Source of the DNA: Chiloscyllium plagiosum
Lineage: Eukaryota
Direction: 5' to 3'
NCBI RefSeq assembly: GCF_004010195.1
Contig: NC_057750.1
Coordinates: 13,730,033-13,794,032 of the forward strand
DNA length: 64,000 nt
The notes beneath the pieces were generated by a model, which worked only from the letters and a program-made list of their open reading frames with translations, made no database searches and was not told the DNA's origin. Numbering within the stretch: the stretch's first letter is position 1; the number at the start of each line of letters is the position of its first letter. Below are positions 48,213 to 61,660 of the stretch, piece by piece. A program made the translations under genes and the position numbers.

Positions 48213-49277
48213 GTGGATTGATCAGTACATCTTAAGAGTTAGGCGATAGTGAGGTCTGCAGATGCCTGAGATCAGAGTCAAGATTAGAGTGGTGCTGGAA
48301 AAGCACAGCAGGTCAGGCAGCATCCGAAGAGCAAGAAAATGCAGTGCGGCAGAAGGTTTTATCTGCAGTCACTATCAGTTTGTTAAACTAATTGGATTGA
48401 TAATCTGTTGTTTATTGAATTTACAGAAGTGTCCTTTTGACATCAATACAATTAATACACACAATGGTTAGCCAGTTATTTCCCCACTGCCTGAGGAAGG
48501 TTAAGTTATCAAAAGGAACATTTGGAAGTCATTCCAAACGTGATGTTTGGATAATGCTGCGAACTTCAGATTACAGCAGATAATTCCTGTTCTCACTTGA
48601 AATGTTGGTGCGGAATTCAGAAATGCAGAACAGTCAAATTTGATTCAGCAAATATCACGGAGGTGAATTGAAAACATTCTTCCTATATTTGTTTCTCATG
48701 GTTCCCTCCCTTTTGGAAATGTTAATCATTCAAAATGTGGGAATTTCTTTTTTTAAAGTACCCATGAAAGAGATAATTTGTACGTTCTGAAAGTCGACTC
48801 CACTGTTACCTTGTTCAGTGACGTTCTCACTCCTATTCCCCTCTTTCATCAGTTTTCGGATCCTATTTAACCTCCCCAATTCACTTCTTGTTTTTTCTGT
48901 CCTATGGCTATACTGTGTTTAGTTGTAATGTAACTTTTTAAAAAAATTAATTTCTCTATTCTGTAATTAAGGATTGTACCGAAGTACTCTCAACCTAAGA
49001 TGGTGCCATGTGTAGGTGGCATGGTTAATCTGTGACTGAAGAAGCTGTACCCAGCTACATTTGTACCTAAGATGGCGCCATTAGTGGTGACTTAGCAACC
49101 TTTCATTTGAATACATGTGACAATGAAGCCAATTCAATTCAATTCACTTGTCTGTTTGATTCTGAGACTGTACATCAGGTTGTAGAGCAGGAATAGGCCA
49201 TTCAGTCCCTCGAGGGCTGAGATTCAATAGGATCAGGGCTGCTCTGTGACCCAAGTCCACGTGCCTACCTTCCCCTT

Positions 49278-50752
49278 AACATAGAACATAGAACATAGAA
49301 CATAGAACAATACAGCACAGAACAGGCCCTTCGGCCCACGATGTTGTGCCGAACATTTGTCCTAGCTTAAGCACCCACCCATGTACCTATCCAATTGCCG
49401 CTTAAAGGTCACCAAAGATTCTGACTCTACCACTCCCACAGGCAGCGCATTCCATGCCCCCACCACTCTCTGGGTAAAGAACCCACCCCTGACATCTCCC
49501 CTATACCTTCCACCCTTCACCTTAAATTTATGTCCAATTGTAACACTCTGTTGCACCCGAAGAAAAAGTTTCTGACTGTCGACTCAATCTATTCCTCTGA
49601 TCATCTCATAAACCTCTATCAAGTCACCCCTCATCCTTCACCATTCCAATGAGAAAAGGCCTAGCACTCTCAACCTATCCTCGCATGACCTATTCTCCAT
49701 TCCAGGCAACATCCTGGTAAATCTTCTCTGCACCCTCCCCAAAGCTTCCACATCTTTCCTAAAGTGAGGCAACCAGAACTGCACACAGTACTCCAAAGGT
49801 GGCCTTACCAANNNNNNNNNNNNNNNNNNNNNNNNNNNNNNNNNNNNNNNNNNNNNNNNNNNNNNNNNNNNNNNNNNNNNNNNNNNNNNNNNNNNNNNNN
49901 NNNNNNNNNNNNNNNNNNNNNNNNNNNNNNNNNNNNNNNNNNNNNNNNNNNNNNNNNNNNNNNNNNNNNNNNNNNNNNNNNNNNNNNNNNNNNNNNNNNN
50001 NNNNNNNNNNNNNNNNNNNNNNNNNNNNNNNNNNNNNNNNNNNNNNNNNNNNNNNNNNNNNNNNNNNNNNNNNNNNNNNNNNNNNNNNNNNNNNNNNNNN
50101 NNNNNNNNNNNNNNNNNNNNNNNNNNNNNNNNNNNNNNNNNNNNNNNNNNNNNNNNNNNNNNNNNNNNNNNNNNNNNNNNNNNNNNNNNNNNNNNNNNNN
50201 NNNNNNNNNNNNNNNNNNNNNNNNNNNNNNNNNNNNNNNNNNNNNNNNNNNNNNNNNNNNNNNNNNNNNNNNNNNNNNNNNNNNNNNNNNNNNNNNNNNN
50301 NNNNNNNNNNNNNNNNNNNNNNNNNNNNNNNNNNNNNNNNNNNNNNNNNNNNNNNNNNNNNNNNNNNNNNNNNNNNNNNNNNNNNNNNNNNNNNNNNNNN
50401 NNNNNNNNNNNNNNNNNNNNNNNNNNNNNNNNNNNNNNNNNNNNNNNNNNNNNNNNNNNNTCCAGTCCCCTGGTACCACCCCCGTTGACAGTGAAGAATA
50501 AAGATCATTGCCAACGGTACTGCAATTTCCTCTCTTGCTTCCCACATAATCCTAGAATATATCCCGTCAGGCCCGGGGGACTTGTCTATCCTCAAGTTGT
50601 TCAAAATGTCCAACACATCTTCCTTCCTAACAAGTATCTCCTCTAGCTTACCAGTCCGTTTCACACTCTCTTCTTCAACAATACGGTCCCTCACGTTTGT
50701 AAATACTGAAGAAAAGTACTCATTCAAGACCTCTCCTATCTCTTCCGACTCA
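49278..50752 (-). mobile_element. Young CR1 LINE (gap inside) with (atagaac)n tail
   Basis: Peptides NEYFSSVFT, IDKSPGPDGIY and WNALP. Heptamer tail at 49278-49308. Confidence 0.92.
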
Positions 50753-51097
50753 ACATCTTCCTTTCACCAAAATCGATCAATCTCAGGTTTAACTTCAACA
50801 ATTGACCGGTTACTGTCTGGCGAAGTGAGTTCCAAACACCTAACCCTCTGTGAACAAAAATTATTTTAGTCCGACAATACCCCCCTGACTTGATTTGCAT
50901 TTAACCCTTCACCCTTGACACCTCAAATGATAGTTACTCTCAGTTTACCCAATTGGTTCACTTTAACCTTGAAAGCTACCAACATATTACTCCTCATCTG
51001 TCACCTTAAAACCCGTCCACCACTTTACACATTGCCACCACCACTAATGCACAGTGGCAGTGGTGTGTACCATACACAAGAAACCCTACAACAATCT

Positions 51098-51575
51098 AGA
51101 GTGCGGTGCTGGAAAAGCACAGCAGGTCAGGCAACTCCTGTGGAGCAGGAGAATCGAGGTTTCGGGCATAGCCCTTCATTAGGAATCCCGAAATGTCGAT
51201 TGTCCTACTGCTCGGATACTGCCTGACCTGTTGTGTTTTTCCAGCACCACACTCTCACCTCTGATCTCCAGCATCTGCAGTCCCCACTTTCTCCTAGCAC
51301 TACAGTGGGCGGCACAGTGGCTAGCAGTGCTGCCTCACAGCACCAGGGTCCCAAGTTCGATTCCAGCCTCGGGCAACTGTCTGTGTGGAGTTTGCATATA
51401 CTCCCTGTGTCTGCGTGGGTTTCCTCCCACAATCTAAAGATGTGCAGGCCAGGTGAATTGGCCGTGCTAAATTGTCCATAGTGCTAGATGCATTAGTCGA
51501 GGGGTGGGTTACTCTTTGGAGGGTCAGTGTGGACTTGTTGGGCCGAAGGGCCTGTTTCCACATTTTAGGGAATCT
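51098..51575. mobile_element. Penelope-end foldback (51098-51295) followed by HE1 SINE (+, 51306-51575)
   Basis: Inverted arms, then the HE1 head gggcggcacagtggct. Confidence 0.85.
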
Positions 51576-51914
51576 AATCACCAATGTTCCTCAGACAGGA
51601 GCTTCTAAGACCTTCACTCCTGAGAAGGACAAGGGTGGTATGTACACAGGAATACCACGTGCTGGAAGTTCCCTTCCAAACTGCACACCATTCCAACTTG
51701 GAAATATTTCGCTGTTCCTTCAGCTTCACTGGGTCAAATTCCTGGAATTCCCTCCTGGACAGCCCTGTGGCTTTCCACAATGCAGCTTATGACCATCTTC
51801 TCAAGTGGCAATTAGGAATGGGTGATAACCAGCCAATGTTGTCCATGTTAAAAGGATGATCCAAACAGATGCAATGCTAACTTGTGTGACTCTTCTTGAA
51901 TTAATGCTTTTGGA

Positions 51915-53300
51915 AAACAGCGTTGAATTCTGGTCTCCCTGCCCTCGGCAAGATGTTGTGAAACTTGAAGGGGTTCAGAAAAGATTGACAAGGACGATGC
52001 CAGGGTTGGAGGGTTTGAGCTACAGGGAGAGGCTGACTAGGCCGGGGCTATTTTCCCTGGAGCATCAGAGGCTGAGGGGTGACCTTATAGAGGTCATGAG
52101 GGGCACGGAGAGGGTAAATAGACAAGGTGTTTTCCCTGGGGTGGGGGAGTCCAGAGCTAGAGGGTTTAAAATGAGAGGGGAAAGATTTAAAAGGGACCAA
52201 GGCGAAACATTCTCACACAGAGGGTGGTGCGTGTATGGAATGAGCTGCCAGAGGAAGTGGTGGAGGCTGGTACAATTGCAACATTTAAAAGGCATCTGAT
52301 TGGGTATATGAATAGGAAGGGTTTAGATTAGTGGCTTTCAGTCATTTTTTTGGCCACAGCCCCACCCCAGGAGCTCTTCTCATGTTCCACGGCTCCCCTT
52401 TCCAAAGAGGGATACAACATGACCAGATGGACAGGAAATCATCTATTATTGGACACCAAGAAACATGTACATTCTGACATACTGGACAAAACTTCAAAAA
52501 AGAGACTTTATAAAATTAAGCATCTCTCAGGCCGAATGCGATCCTCGAGCTTGGTGATTTCCTGCAAGTTTCAGGCTATCGGGCTCCAAATCCAACGATG
52601 ACAGTCGGAGGTCACCTCTTGTTGCAATACCCTTTAATGTTCCTGGATTTTTTGTCAAGGAAACTACCTTGCAGAATCCGCTCTCAACCAAATATGCCGA
52701 GGGAAAGGCAATAAAAAATATTTGGGCATTTTCCGCACAGTGTTGGAAATTTATTTGGCAGATCACTCTTGATCCAAAAGTCTTTTTGAAACTGCCTGAG
52801 CTGACAACAGGCAGTTATACCACAGTTATATAACTCTGAAGGTCATAAAACTCCCTTGATTTTCTGCCTCAACTTGGGTGGATTGAACGTCAAATGGATC
52901 CTACGATAAATAGAAAGATATTATAAATGGGCGGGAAGCTGTTGACTCCAATGAAGGTTGTTGCTTGGGTATTTCATCGGTTCAGTTACCAGGGCTCGCA
53001 TAAACTCTTGGGGCTCCCCTTCTCACAGTTTTCAGTCTGTGGCCCCCTTCAAATGTGCCAGGGTCTCTAAGGGGGCCATATGGCCTCCATTGAGAAGGGC
53101 TGGTATAGAGGGATATGGGCCAAATGCTGGCAAATCAATACAAGCAAGACACACAATGGTTAGCCAGTTACTTCACTGCTGCCTTAAGAAGGTTATGTTA
53201 TGAAACGGAACATTTGGAAGTCACAAGGTTTAGGTTAGTTTAGGATCTCTGTTCGGCATGGACAAGGTCTGTTTCCATGTTGTACATCTCTAATTACTCT
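51915..53300 (+). mobile_element. CR1/HER1 3' fragment split by a hAT element
   Basis: aataggaagggtttaga|gggatatgggccaaatgctgg is continuous once 52329-53110 is removed. Confidence 0.88.
52329..53102 (-). mobile_element. Internally deleted hAT (Buster/Charlie-type) DNA transposon
   Basis: hAT dimerisation-domain peptide IAFPSAYLVESGF..RGDLRLS..LEPD...HQA..SH. Imperfect TIRs tagtggctttcag / ttgagaagggctg. 8-bp TSD gtttagat / gtatagag with central TA. Confidence 0.85.
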
Positions 53301-53506
53301 GAAATTCTGTTTCGGTATGATTCTGGAAGACTGCTACTCCACCAAGGTCAGTCAGTCCTTCCTAGGGTGCAGTGCACAGAACACAATGCTATCAGCTCCA
53401 TCCGGAGTTCTGTACAGTTATCCCACAACTCCTAACTCCATGTACTCTAGTCCACTCGATGTAAAGGGTAGCACAGCATTAGTGTCTTAGATTATACTCT
53501 CTACCT

Positions 53507-53712
53507 GGTAAAAGTGAGGACTGCAGATGCTGGAAACCAGAGTTTAGATCAGAGTGGTGCTGGAAAAGCACAGCAGGTCAGGCAGCATCCGAGGAGCAGG
53601 AAAATCGACATTTCGGGCAAAAGCCCTTCATCAGGAATCAGGGTTGATCAGGAAACGTCAATTTCTCTGCTGCCTGACCTGCTGTGCTTTTCCAGCACCA
53701 CTCTGATCTTGA
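53507..53712. mobile_element. Foldback Penelope-end insertion with a minus-strand hammerhead core
   Basis: cgacatttcgggcaaaagcccttcatcagg is the reverse complement of CTGATGA..GAAA..TC. Confidence 0.85.
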
Positions 53713-54479
53713 TTTGATTTCGGTGGTTGGTCAGTTGAACCGTAAGCATCCACCAGACATTCTTCCTTAAATGGTGCTACAAGTCTCCATAGCAACCCTC
53801 TAATCAGCGTGGACAGTGCCTCAATTCTGGAAGGAGGTATCTTTGACAATGAGGCATTTCTTAGGGACTGTACTGAAGTGTCAACCAAAATTGTGTGCTT
53901 GACCTCAAAGGCAGCCATCAGTTGATGACCACTGAAGCAGTCAAAATGCCAACTGATTTGATCTGAGGCTACAATTGCCCAAGTGTCACTCAAGACAAAT
54001 TAACCCAAATGTGTAAAATTCCATAACATTCAGTTGTGGAAAAGTCGAAGGCTGCTCGCTGGCAGTATTGAAGGAATCAGAGGCTCAGGTGGCACTAGTG
54101 GGGAGTGAAAATTCAGGGCGTGTTTGAGATAAATAGGCCACTTACTCATACAACTCCTGAAACACAGTGAGCCTGATGTGACAATTGGTCATGGTTTCAT
54201 GGCTAACGTGATTGGGGCGAGCTGTCAGTTTTAGATTCTTATTCATTGAATTTAAATCCCGCCAGCGATTATCACACAACACCAGGTATTTTTTAACTTT
54301 GTACCCCCCCCCAGTCCAACACTGGCACCTTCAAATCATGACAGAGCTATTATGGCAGCGATGGTGGGATTTGAGCCCCTGGCCTCAACTTGCTGGCCTA
54401 GGCCTCTGGATTATTGGTCAACAAGGCCACCATCTCTCCCTAATGTGGCCTAGTGCTTGAATTATGGAAGGATAGTTTG

Positions 54480-55380
54480 CAGGTATAGCAAGTAGTCAAG
54501 AAAGCTAATAGGACATTGTGCTTTAGAGTGAGGGGAATTGGAAAAAAATCATTATCCTCCAGTTTTACAGAGCACTGGTGAGCCCACATCGGGAGTACTG
54601 TTTATGGTATTGATCACGGAAGGATACTAATATGTTGGATGAAGTTCAAAGAAAGTTTTCTAGACCAGCCCTTGGAAGGAGCAAGTTATGGGGAAAGGCG
54701 AGACAGGCTGGGCCAGTATCCTCTGGTGTCTGGAAGAATCAGAGGTGATTGAATTGAAACAGATACGATCCTGAGGGGAGTTGACTCTGTGGATGTGGAA
54801 AGGATGTCCCCTTCTTGTGGGACAATCTAGAACTAGGGTACAATGTTTAAAAGTAAAGGACGCCCATTTAAAACAGAAATGAGGATACAATTTTTCTCTT
54901 TGGAATTCCCTTCGTCAAAAGGCATTGGATGCAAAGTCTTTTAACATTTTGAAGGCCGAGGGAGATGGATTCCTGAGGAGCGAGGGAATGAAAGGTTATC
55001 GGGGGATATGCAGGAATGTAGAGTTGGAGAACAAATCAGATCAGCCACGGTTTTATTGTATCGGGTGAGCAGGCTTGAAGGGCAGACTGGCCTCCTCTTA
55101 TTCCTTGCTCATGTGGATCCTTTGCCCCCGGTTCGTGGGACCGAAGGGGTAACTTTTTCACCCAGAGGGTGGTGCGTGTGTGGAATGAGCTGCCCGAGGA
55201 AGTGGTGGAGGCTGCTACAACTACAACATTTGAAAGGCACCTGGATGGGTACATGAATAGGAAGGGTTTGGAGGGATATGGGCCGAATGCTGGCAAATGG
55301 GGCCAGATTAGTTTAGGATATCTGGTGGGCATGGACAAGTTGGACCGACGGGTCTGTTTCCGTGCTGTGACTCTCTGACT
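54480..55380 (+). mobile_element. Older CR1 fragment followed by HER1 3' end
   Basis: Degenerate ORF2 C-terminus. WNELPEEVVEA at 55169 onward. Confidence 0.8.
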
Positions 55381-56284
55381 CTGTGCTCTGTCCGATGTGT
55401 TTTTTAAAAACACTTTTCCTTTGCTTTAGTGGACGTTTACATATTGTTTGAGATTTTTCTTTTTGTCAGGGTGTGTTTAAAGATAAAGGCGTTACATCCC
55501 TTTGACAACTTTGAAATAATCGTGAAGTGGAGATGACATAAATATGCGATTTTGCAAATTAAAAACAGGGCCATTTGGCCCTTTTAGCCTATAAGCGCAT
55601 GGCTAATCCAGTATTGGCATTGGCTGCTCAGTTGGCATCAACAGCAATTCATCTTCATTCCAGAGGTATTTGTGAGGTCTTTCTGTGCACAGTTTTCTCC
55701 CATTGCAACGTGGACAACACTTTTGGAAAGGGCGTTGGCATCTTTTATTTGGATCTGTGCAAATTGGGAATCGTTCTGCCTTAGATCCTGTTCTCGCCAA
55801 ACAATCACCACACTTTACCAAGAATAGTCACTGGCTATTAATCAGGCAGGGGAGCATAAGCTAATTTGACCCTCTCTGACTGTTGCATCACCCCTGCACT
55901 GTCACCCTGTGTGGATCAATTAGCAATGGTGGGGATGGGACTTCCACCTGAAATTTGGCCACCCTGAAATGTTAAGTCCAATTTATAAACGAGAGAAGAC
56001 TGTAATGTGTTATTTCGAGGCCACAACATAGTCTCTGAGCGGCTAGAGAAAAGAAAATAATGCGAATGCCCAGCGGATCACCTCCTCTCCCCTCCACTCT
56101 TCCTTGTACCCAAGATAGGGGCAGACATCATGGGCCCAAGTGCTGCTCAAGGCCTCAACTTGAGCATGACAGGTTTCCGAGAGCACCTGATGCACTGTCC
56201 AGTTTCCCTGTCCTAGACCCTGGCCCAAGGGTCTGTGTCCGAAATGCATCCTGTTTTTCAGGCCTCCGATGTAGTCTGGTGTAA

Positions 56285-57632
56285 CAAATGGACAAGGAAC
56301 AAGAGGAGGACATTCGGTCTATCAAGCCTGCAACCCCTATTCAATAAGATCGGGGCTGGTCTGATTTTAACTTCGACTCGGCATTCCTGCAGATCCCCCG
56401 ATAATCTTTCACCCCTCGGTCATCAAGAATCTCTCTCCCTCTGCCTTAATAATATCTAAAGATCTTGCGTCTACTGTCTTTGAGGAAGGGAATTCCAAAG
56501 ATTCACATACAGACAGGGAGGGTTAAGAAGGTGTTTAGCACGCTTACCTTCATTGCTCAGACCTTTACGTATGGGGAGTTGGGACGCCATGTTGAAGTTG
56601 TACAGGACATAGGTAAGATCTCTTCTGGAATACTGTGTCCAATTCTGGTCACCCTGTTATAGAAAGGATATTGTTAAACTGGAGAGGGTTCAGAAGAGAT
56701 TTACCAGGATGTTGCCCCGGATTGAGGGTTTGAGTTATAAGGAGCGGCTGGATAGACTGGGACCTTTTTCACTAGAGCGTAGGAGGTCGCGAGGTGACCT
56801 TATAGAAGTTCATAAAATCATGTGGGGCATAGATAAGGTGAATGGTAGATGTCTTTTCCCTAGAGTGGGGGATTTGAAGACTGGGAGACATTTTTAAGGC
56901 GAGAGGAGAAAGATTTATAAAGGACATGAGGGCAACGTTTTTTTCAGAGTCGTATGTGGAACAAACTTCCAGAGGACATGGTGGAAGTGGGTACAGTTAT
57001 GAGGTTTAAAAGGCATTTGGATAAGTACATGAAGAGGAAATGTTTGGAGGGATATGGGCCAAGTGCGGGCAGGTGGGACTAGTTTAGTTTGCAATCATGG
57101 TCAGCATGGAGTGGTTGGACTGAACAGTCTGTTCCCATGCTGTATGACTATGACCCACAACCCTCAAAGAAAAACTGTTCCCTCATCTCTGTTTTAAATT
57201 GGCGTCCCTTATTTTTAAACATTGCCTCTTCGTTTTACAGTCTCCCACAAGAGGAAACATCCTTTTCACGTCCACCCAGTCTTGTCCCCTCAAGGTCATT
57301 TCTGTTTCAATTAAGTCATCTCTGATTCTTCTAAACTCCAGAGGATGAAGGGCTTTTGCCTGAAACGTCGATTCTCCTGCTCTTCGGATGCTGCCTGACC
57401 TGCTGTGCTTTTCCAGCAACACACTCTCAACTCTAATCTCCAATATCTGCAGTCCTCACTTTCATCCAGAGGAGACAGGCCTGGTCTGTCTAGCCTTTCC
57501 CCATAAGGTAATCCAAGCATTTTAGGGATTGGTCTAGTAAATCTTCTCTGAATTACTTCCAATGAATTAACATCCTTCCGCAAGTACTGCACATGCAGTC
57601 TCGCCAATGCTTTGTACAACTGAAGGATAAAA
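56285..57632. mobile_element. Older CR1 (minus) split by HER1 (+, about 56505-57153) and a Penelope end (57346-57465)
   Basis: RGDLIEVHKIM peptide. TSD tccagagga around the Penelope piece. Confidence 0.8.
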
Positions 57633-58561
57633 AAATCCCATTCTTGCATTAAATTTTGTAATAAGTTTCTATTAAGCTGAGTTAGGAAATTTCGAAGGGA
57701 TGTACTGTGCAGAAAAATAAAATATGCCAAAGGTATTTGACTGGACGGAGAGCTCAGAGCAAATGAAGTCATTAACAAAGGGCCAAACGCAAAACCTTTG
57801 CAGGGAGTGGTTACGAAATAGTCAGGAGCAGGGTGTGTGACGAAGGAAGGGCAAGATGATTAGAGAATGGCTTGAACAGAAAATGTGGTTTAGATTAAAA
57901 TGGCTGATTTGAGCTGAAAGCTGAACTCGTGTACACAGGTTGAAGAAGGTCAGTTTTGTGATTGAAACTGGGAGCAAGCGAAAAATTGGTCAGGGTGAAG
58001 AATGTCATGAATAAATAGAGTGGGGAGCCAAGGTGGGGGATAAAGAATAAGGCAACAATTACGTTTTAATTTTAAGTGAACATAAATATCTTTGGATGAA
58101 AATGAGTAAATTGAGCTGAAGAAGCAAAGTTCTGGGCTGCTAAGGCGACATGTGGCACAGCGGCCCCTAATGGTCAGAAGCCTGCATTGACAGTGTGACG
58201 GACAAAGTGTTTACATACAGTTTCAATCTTGATATAGGATTAAGTGGTGGATGATGTTGCCCTGATTATGGACACTACAGAGAGCACCATCGACCACAAC
58301 TTTCCTATTTCCCGACGGCTCTATGAGTTTTCTGCCAATGTGTGGTGAATAATTGGAAGATCTCCACGAAACTGTTCTCTCCCCCGTGTTTTATATTATA
58401 ATTCTTGATAGGGGAGCATTGTTCTCATGCAGTCATGGCACAGTGAATAACAAATATACAGTGTTGCAAGACGTTATAGAGATATAGATATTAATATTAC
58501 ATTGATGCATTGAATTTCCCTAATTCACTACAAGGTTGCCAGGAGAAGTCTAGTAATTATA

Positions 58562-59198
58562 CAGTCATAGAGTCGTAGAGATGTGCAGTATCAAGACAGC
58601 CCCTTCAGTCCAACTCACCCAAACCGACCAGATATTCTATGTTAATCTAGTCCCAATTACCAGCGTTTAACCCATATCCCTCTAAACCCTTCCTATTCAT
58701 ATACACAGATATACATCAATTCTCCTGCTCTTCAGATGCTGCCTGACTGGTTGTGCTTTTTCAGTACCACACTCTACAAACCCCATATCCCTCTGAAACC
58801 TTCCTATTCATATGCCCATCCAGAGGCCTTTTAAACGTTGTAATTGTACCAGCCTCCACCACTTCCTCTGGCGACTCGTTCTGTACACACACCACCCTCT
58901 GGGTGAAAAGGTTGCCACTTAGGTCCCTTTTAAATCTTTCCCTTCTAACCTTAAACCTATGCCCTCTAGTTCTGGACTCTCCTGCCCCGGGGAAAACACC
59001 TTGGCTATTCACACTATCCCTGCCCCTCATGGTTTCATAAATTTCTATCAGGTCATCCCTCAGTCTCCGACGCTCCCAGGGAAATCAACCCCAGCCTCTT
59101 CAGCCGCTCCCTAATGCTCAACCCCCCCCCAACTCTGGCAACATCCTTGTAAATCTTTTCTGCATCCCATTCAAGTTTAACAACATCTTTCCTGTAGG
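58562..59198 (-). mobile_element. CR1/HER1 3' fragment with Penelope-end insert
   Basis: RTRGHRFKVR peptide. ccatatccctct is duplicated either side of the insert. Confidence 0.85.
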
Positions 59199-59721
59199 GT
59201 TACCACAGATAAGTTTTGTGATAACAATGTAAGATGAGGGGATTAAGAGCATGTGGGGCATGTGGATGGATGGAGTTAAGATCGAGATCAGCATGTTCTG
59301 ATTGAATGGGGGAACAGTATCAAGGGGCCGAAAGGTTGTCTCCTCTCCTTATGTGTCCTTTACTAACTGATTATAGTATCGGTTTTGACTCCTGTTGTTT
59401 GCTATTTGCTCTTCTTCCATTTTGGAAAAGATAGCAGGTTCTTGCAGTGAGACATATGCTGAGGTATTTCACCACAGGTACAGGTATGGAAGGACAGATA
59501 AACGAAAGCCTAGTCCACGAGATGGATTTTAATGAAGAAGATAAATGTGTAAAGGAGAAGGCAGCTTAGGAAAAGGATTGGCAAGAGTGGGATCTGAAGG
59601 CATAACTGGTACTGGGTGAGGCTGCAGTGTTCAATGGCCCAACTGATCTGTGTTTGAGTAAGTTAGTCTCCAAAGTCCAGGTTCGATGCACGGTGGGAGT
59701 TGAGTAGCCAGAGACCAAACA

Positions 59722-59863
59722 GCATCCAAGGAGCAGGAGAATTGACCCTTCTTCAGGCTCATGCCCGAAACGTCGATTCTCCTGCTCCTTGCATGCTGCC
59801 TGACCTGTTCCAGCAACACATTTTCAGCTCTGATCTCCAGCATCTGCAGTCCTCACTTTCTCC
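59722..59863. mobile_element. Penelope-end insertion with 17-bp TSD
   Basis: tagccagagaccaaaca at 59705-59721 and 59864-59880. Confidence 0.85.
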
Positions 59864-60484
59864 TAGCCAGAGACCAAACATGGGGACATTACGTTAAAGC
59901 CATTGAACAATACAGAGGGAAAAAGGAAACAAGTGTTGGCAAATGGAACAAGATTAATTTCGGATAACTGGTCAGCATGGACGAGTTGGACCGAAGGGCC
60001 TGTACATCTCTATGACTCTAAATATTCGATAACCATTCTGTAAACAGTTAGTAGCTTTACCGAGACCCTATGAGAAACATAACACACCTGGGGGCATTTC
60101 CAATGGGAATGACAATAGAACACCATGCACTTCCATTGAGTTACTAAGACCATTCAGTGGAATAACAATGTTACATTTCATGTTAGGCTCACCATGTATT
60201 TAACATGCATGGAAATCTATCATTTTGATGGGTCGGGTGGCAATACAAATCAAAACATTTTGAGATATTCTGTTTCTAAAAACTGTGCTTTTACTTTCAA
60301 CGATGTGGTGAGGGGCACAGCAGGCTCTATAATTTGTTATTGATGGCTTGTAAACACCGAACCTCCCATGTTGGGTATCTTTTATCAGTAAGATGTTTGC
60401 AATTATGAAATAACTTTCAAACGTTTTATATGAAAGTGAGGATTGCTGTATTCAATGTGAACTTCAGTGAAAACTGTTTTATAA

Positions 60485-60742
60485 TGTTAAAAATCACGCA
60501 ACACCAGGTTATAGTCCAACGGGTTTAATTGGAAGCACTAGCTTTCGGAGAGCAGCTCCTTCATCAGGTGGTTGTGGAGTACACAACTGTGAGATACAGA
60601 ATGTATAGCAAAAGTTTACAGTGCGATGTAACTGAAATTATACATTGAAAAATACCTTGATTGTCTGTTGAGTCTTTCATCTGTTCGAATACCATGATAG
60701 TTTCACTTCTTTCATGTGTAAATCACAAAACTCCAAATCATG
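60485..60742 (-). mobile_element. Penelope family C terminal fragment with hammerhead motif (60536-60570)
   Basis: Minus strand reads cac-CTGATGA-a-ggag-ctgct-ctcc-GAAA-gc-TA-gtg. TSD actgttttataa at 60473-60484 and 60743-60754. Confidence 0.8.
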
Positions 60743-61377
60743 ACTGTTTTATAACAGTTAGCATATCTTCAGAATATGCCAAGCTATCTTTAAGTGCAGC
60801 ACAGGATAGTGACGGACTAGTTGGCTGACTTAATCCATGCTGGTATATAGGCTTCACAAAAACCTCTTCCTTCTCATTTCAACACAGCAGTATCTATTTC
60901 ATTTTCCTTCGTGTGTTTATTGAGCTTTAATCTTAAGAGGTTCCAGAAATGTAGAGGGATCTAAACAGGCAGGAGTTTTACTTACCAATGCATTTATTGC
61001 CGACCTAAGTATAGAATAAAGACAAGAGCAGTACTGCTGTATGGCAGTAGTGTAGGGGAGACAAACAAAAAAATTGAGATAACTTGCCAATTTGCAAAGG
61101 GAAAGGGTTAACCAAATGCATGCAGGTGGTGGTTTGGACTTTGACAAACTGGGCATTGTACAGTTTACCCTGAGTTCTGATGAGCTTCCTACTGCTTACA
61201 AAGCCTCCTAAATCCAGGACTATCTGCACTATCATGATCAACGTTGCAGGCTTGCAGAGATTAGCCATTAGAACATTGGGTTTGCCACAAGAGAATTGAT
61301 TTGGTATCAAATGCCCATTGCTAACAATTGCTTCCAGGTGCTATTACAACATCAAAGCTAACCTCTACCTTCAGCCC

Positions 61378-61660
61378 AGGAGTAGCACGGCTGGATAGCA
61401 CAGCTGCCTCACAGTGCCAGGGACCTGGGTTTGATTCCACACCCTCATGGACATTCTCCCTGTGTCTGTGTAAGTTTGCTCTGGTTTCCTCCCACAATCC
61501 AAAGATGTGCTAAATTGCCCATAGTGTCTGGGGATGTGCAGGCTGGGTGGGTTAGCCAAGGGAAATGTGGATGGGATGGGATGGGATGGGGTGCTGTTTG
61601 AGGGTCAGTGTGCACTTGACGGGCTGAATGGCCTGCTTCCACACTGTGGAGATTCTATGA
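61378..61660 (+). mobile_element. HE1 SINE
   Basis: Degenerate head, core and tail. Confidence 0.8.

Noticed and set aside
48990..49146. Paired YY1-like aagatggcgcc motifs as a promoter
   Set aside because: They sit just before a catgtgacaat...(aattc)n tail typical of a LINE 3' end.
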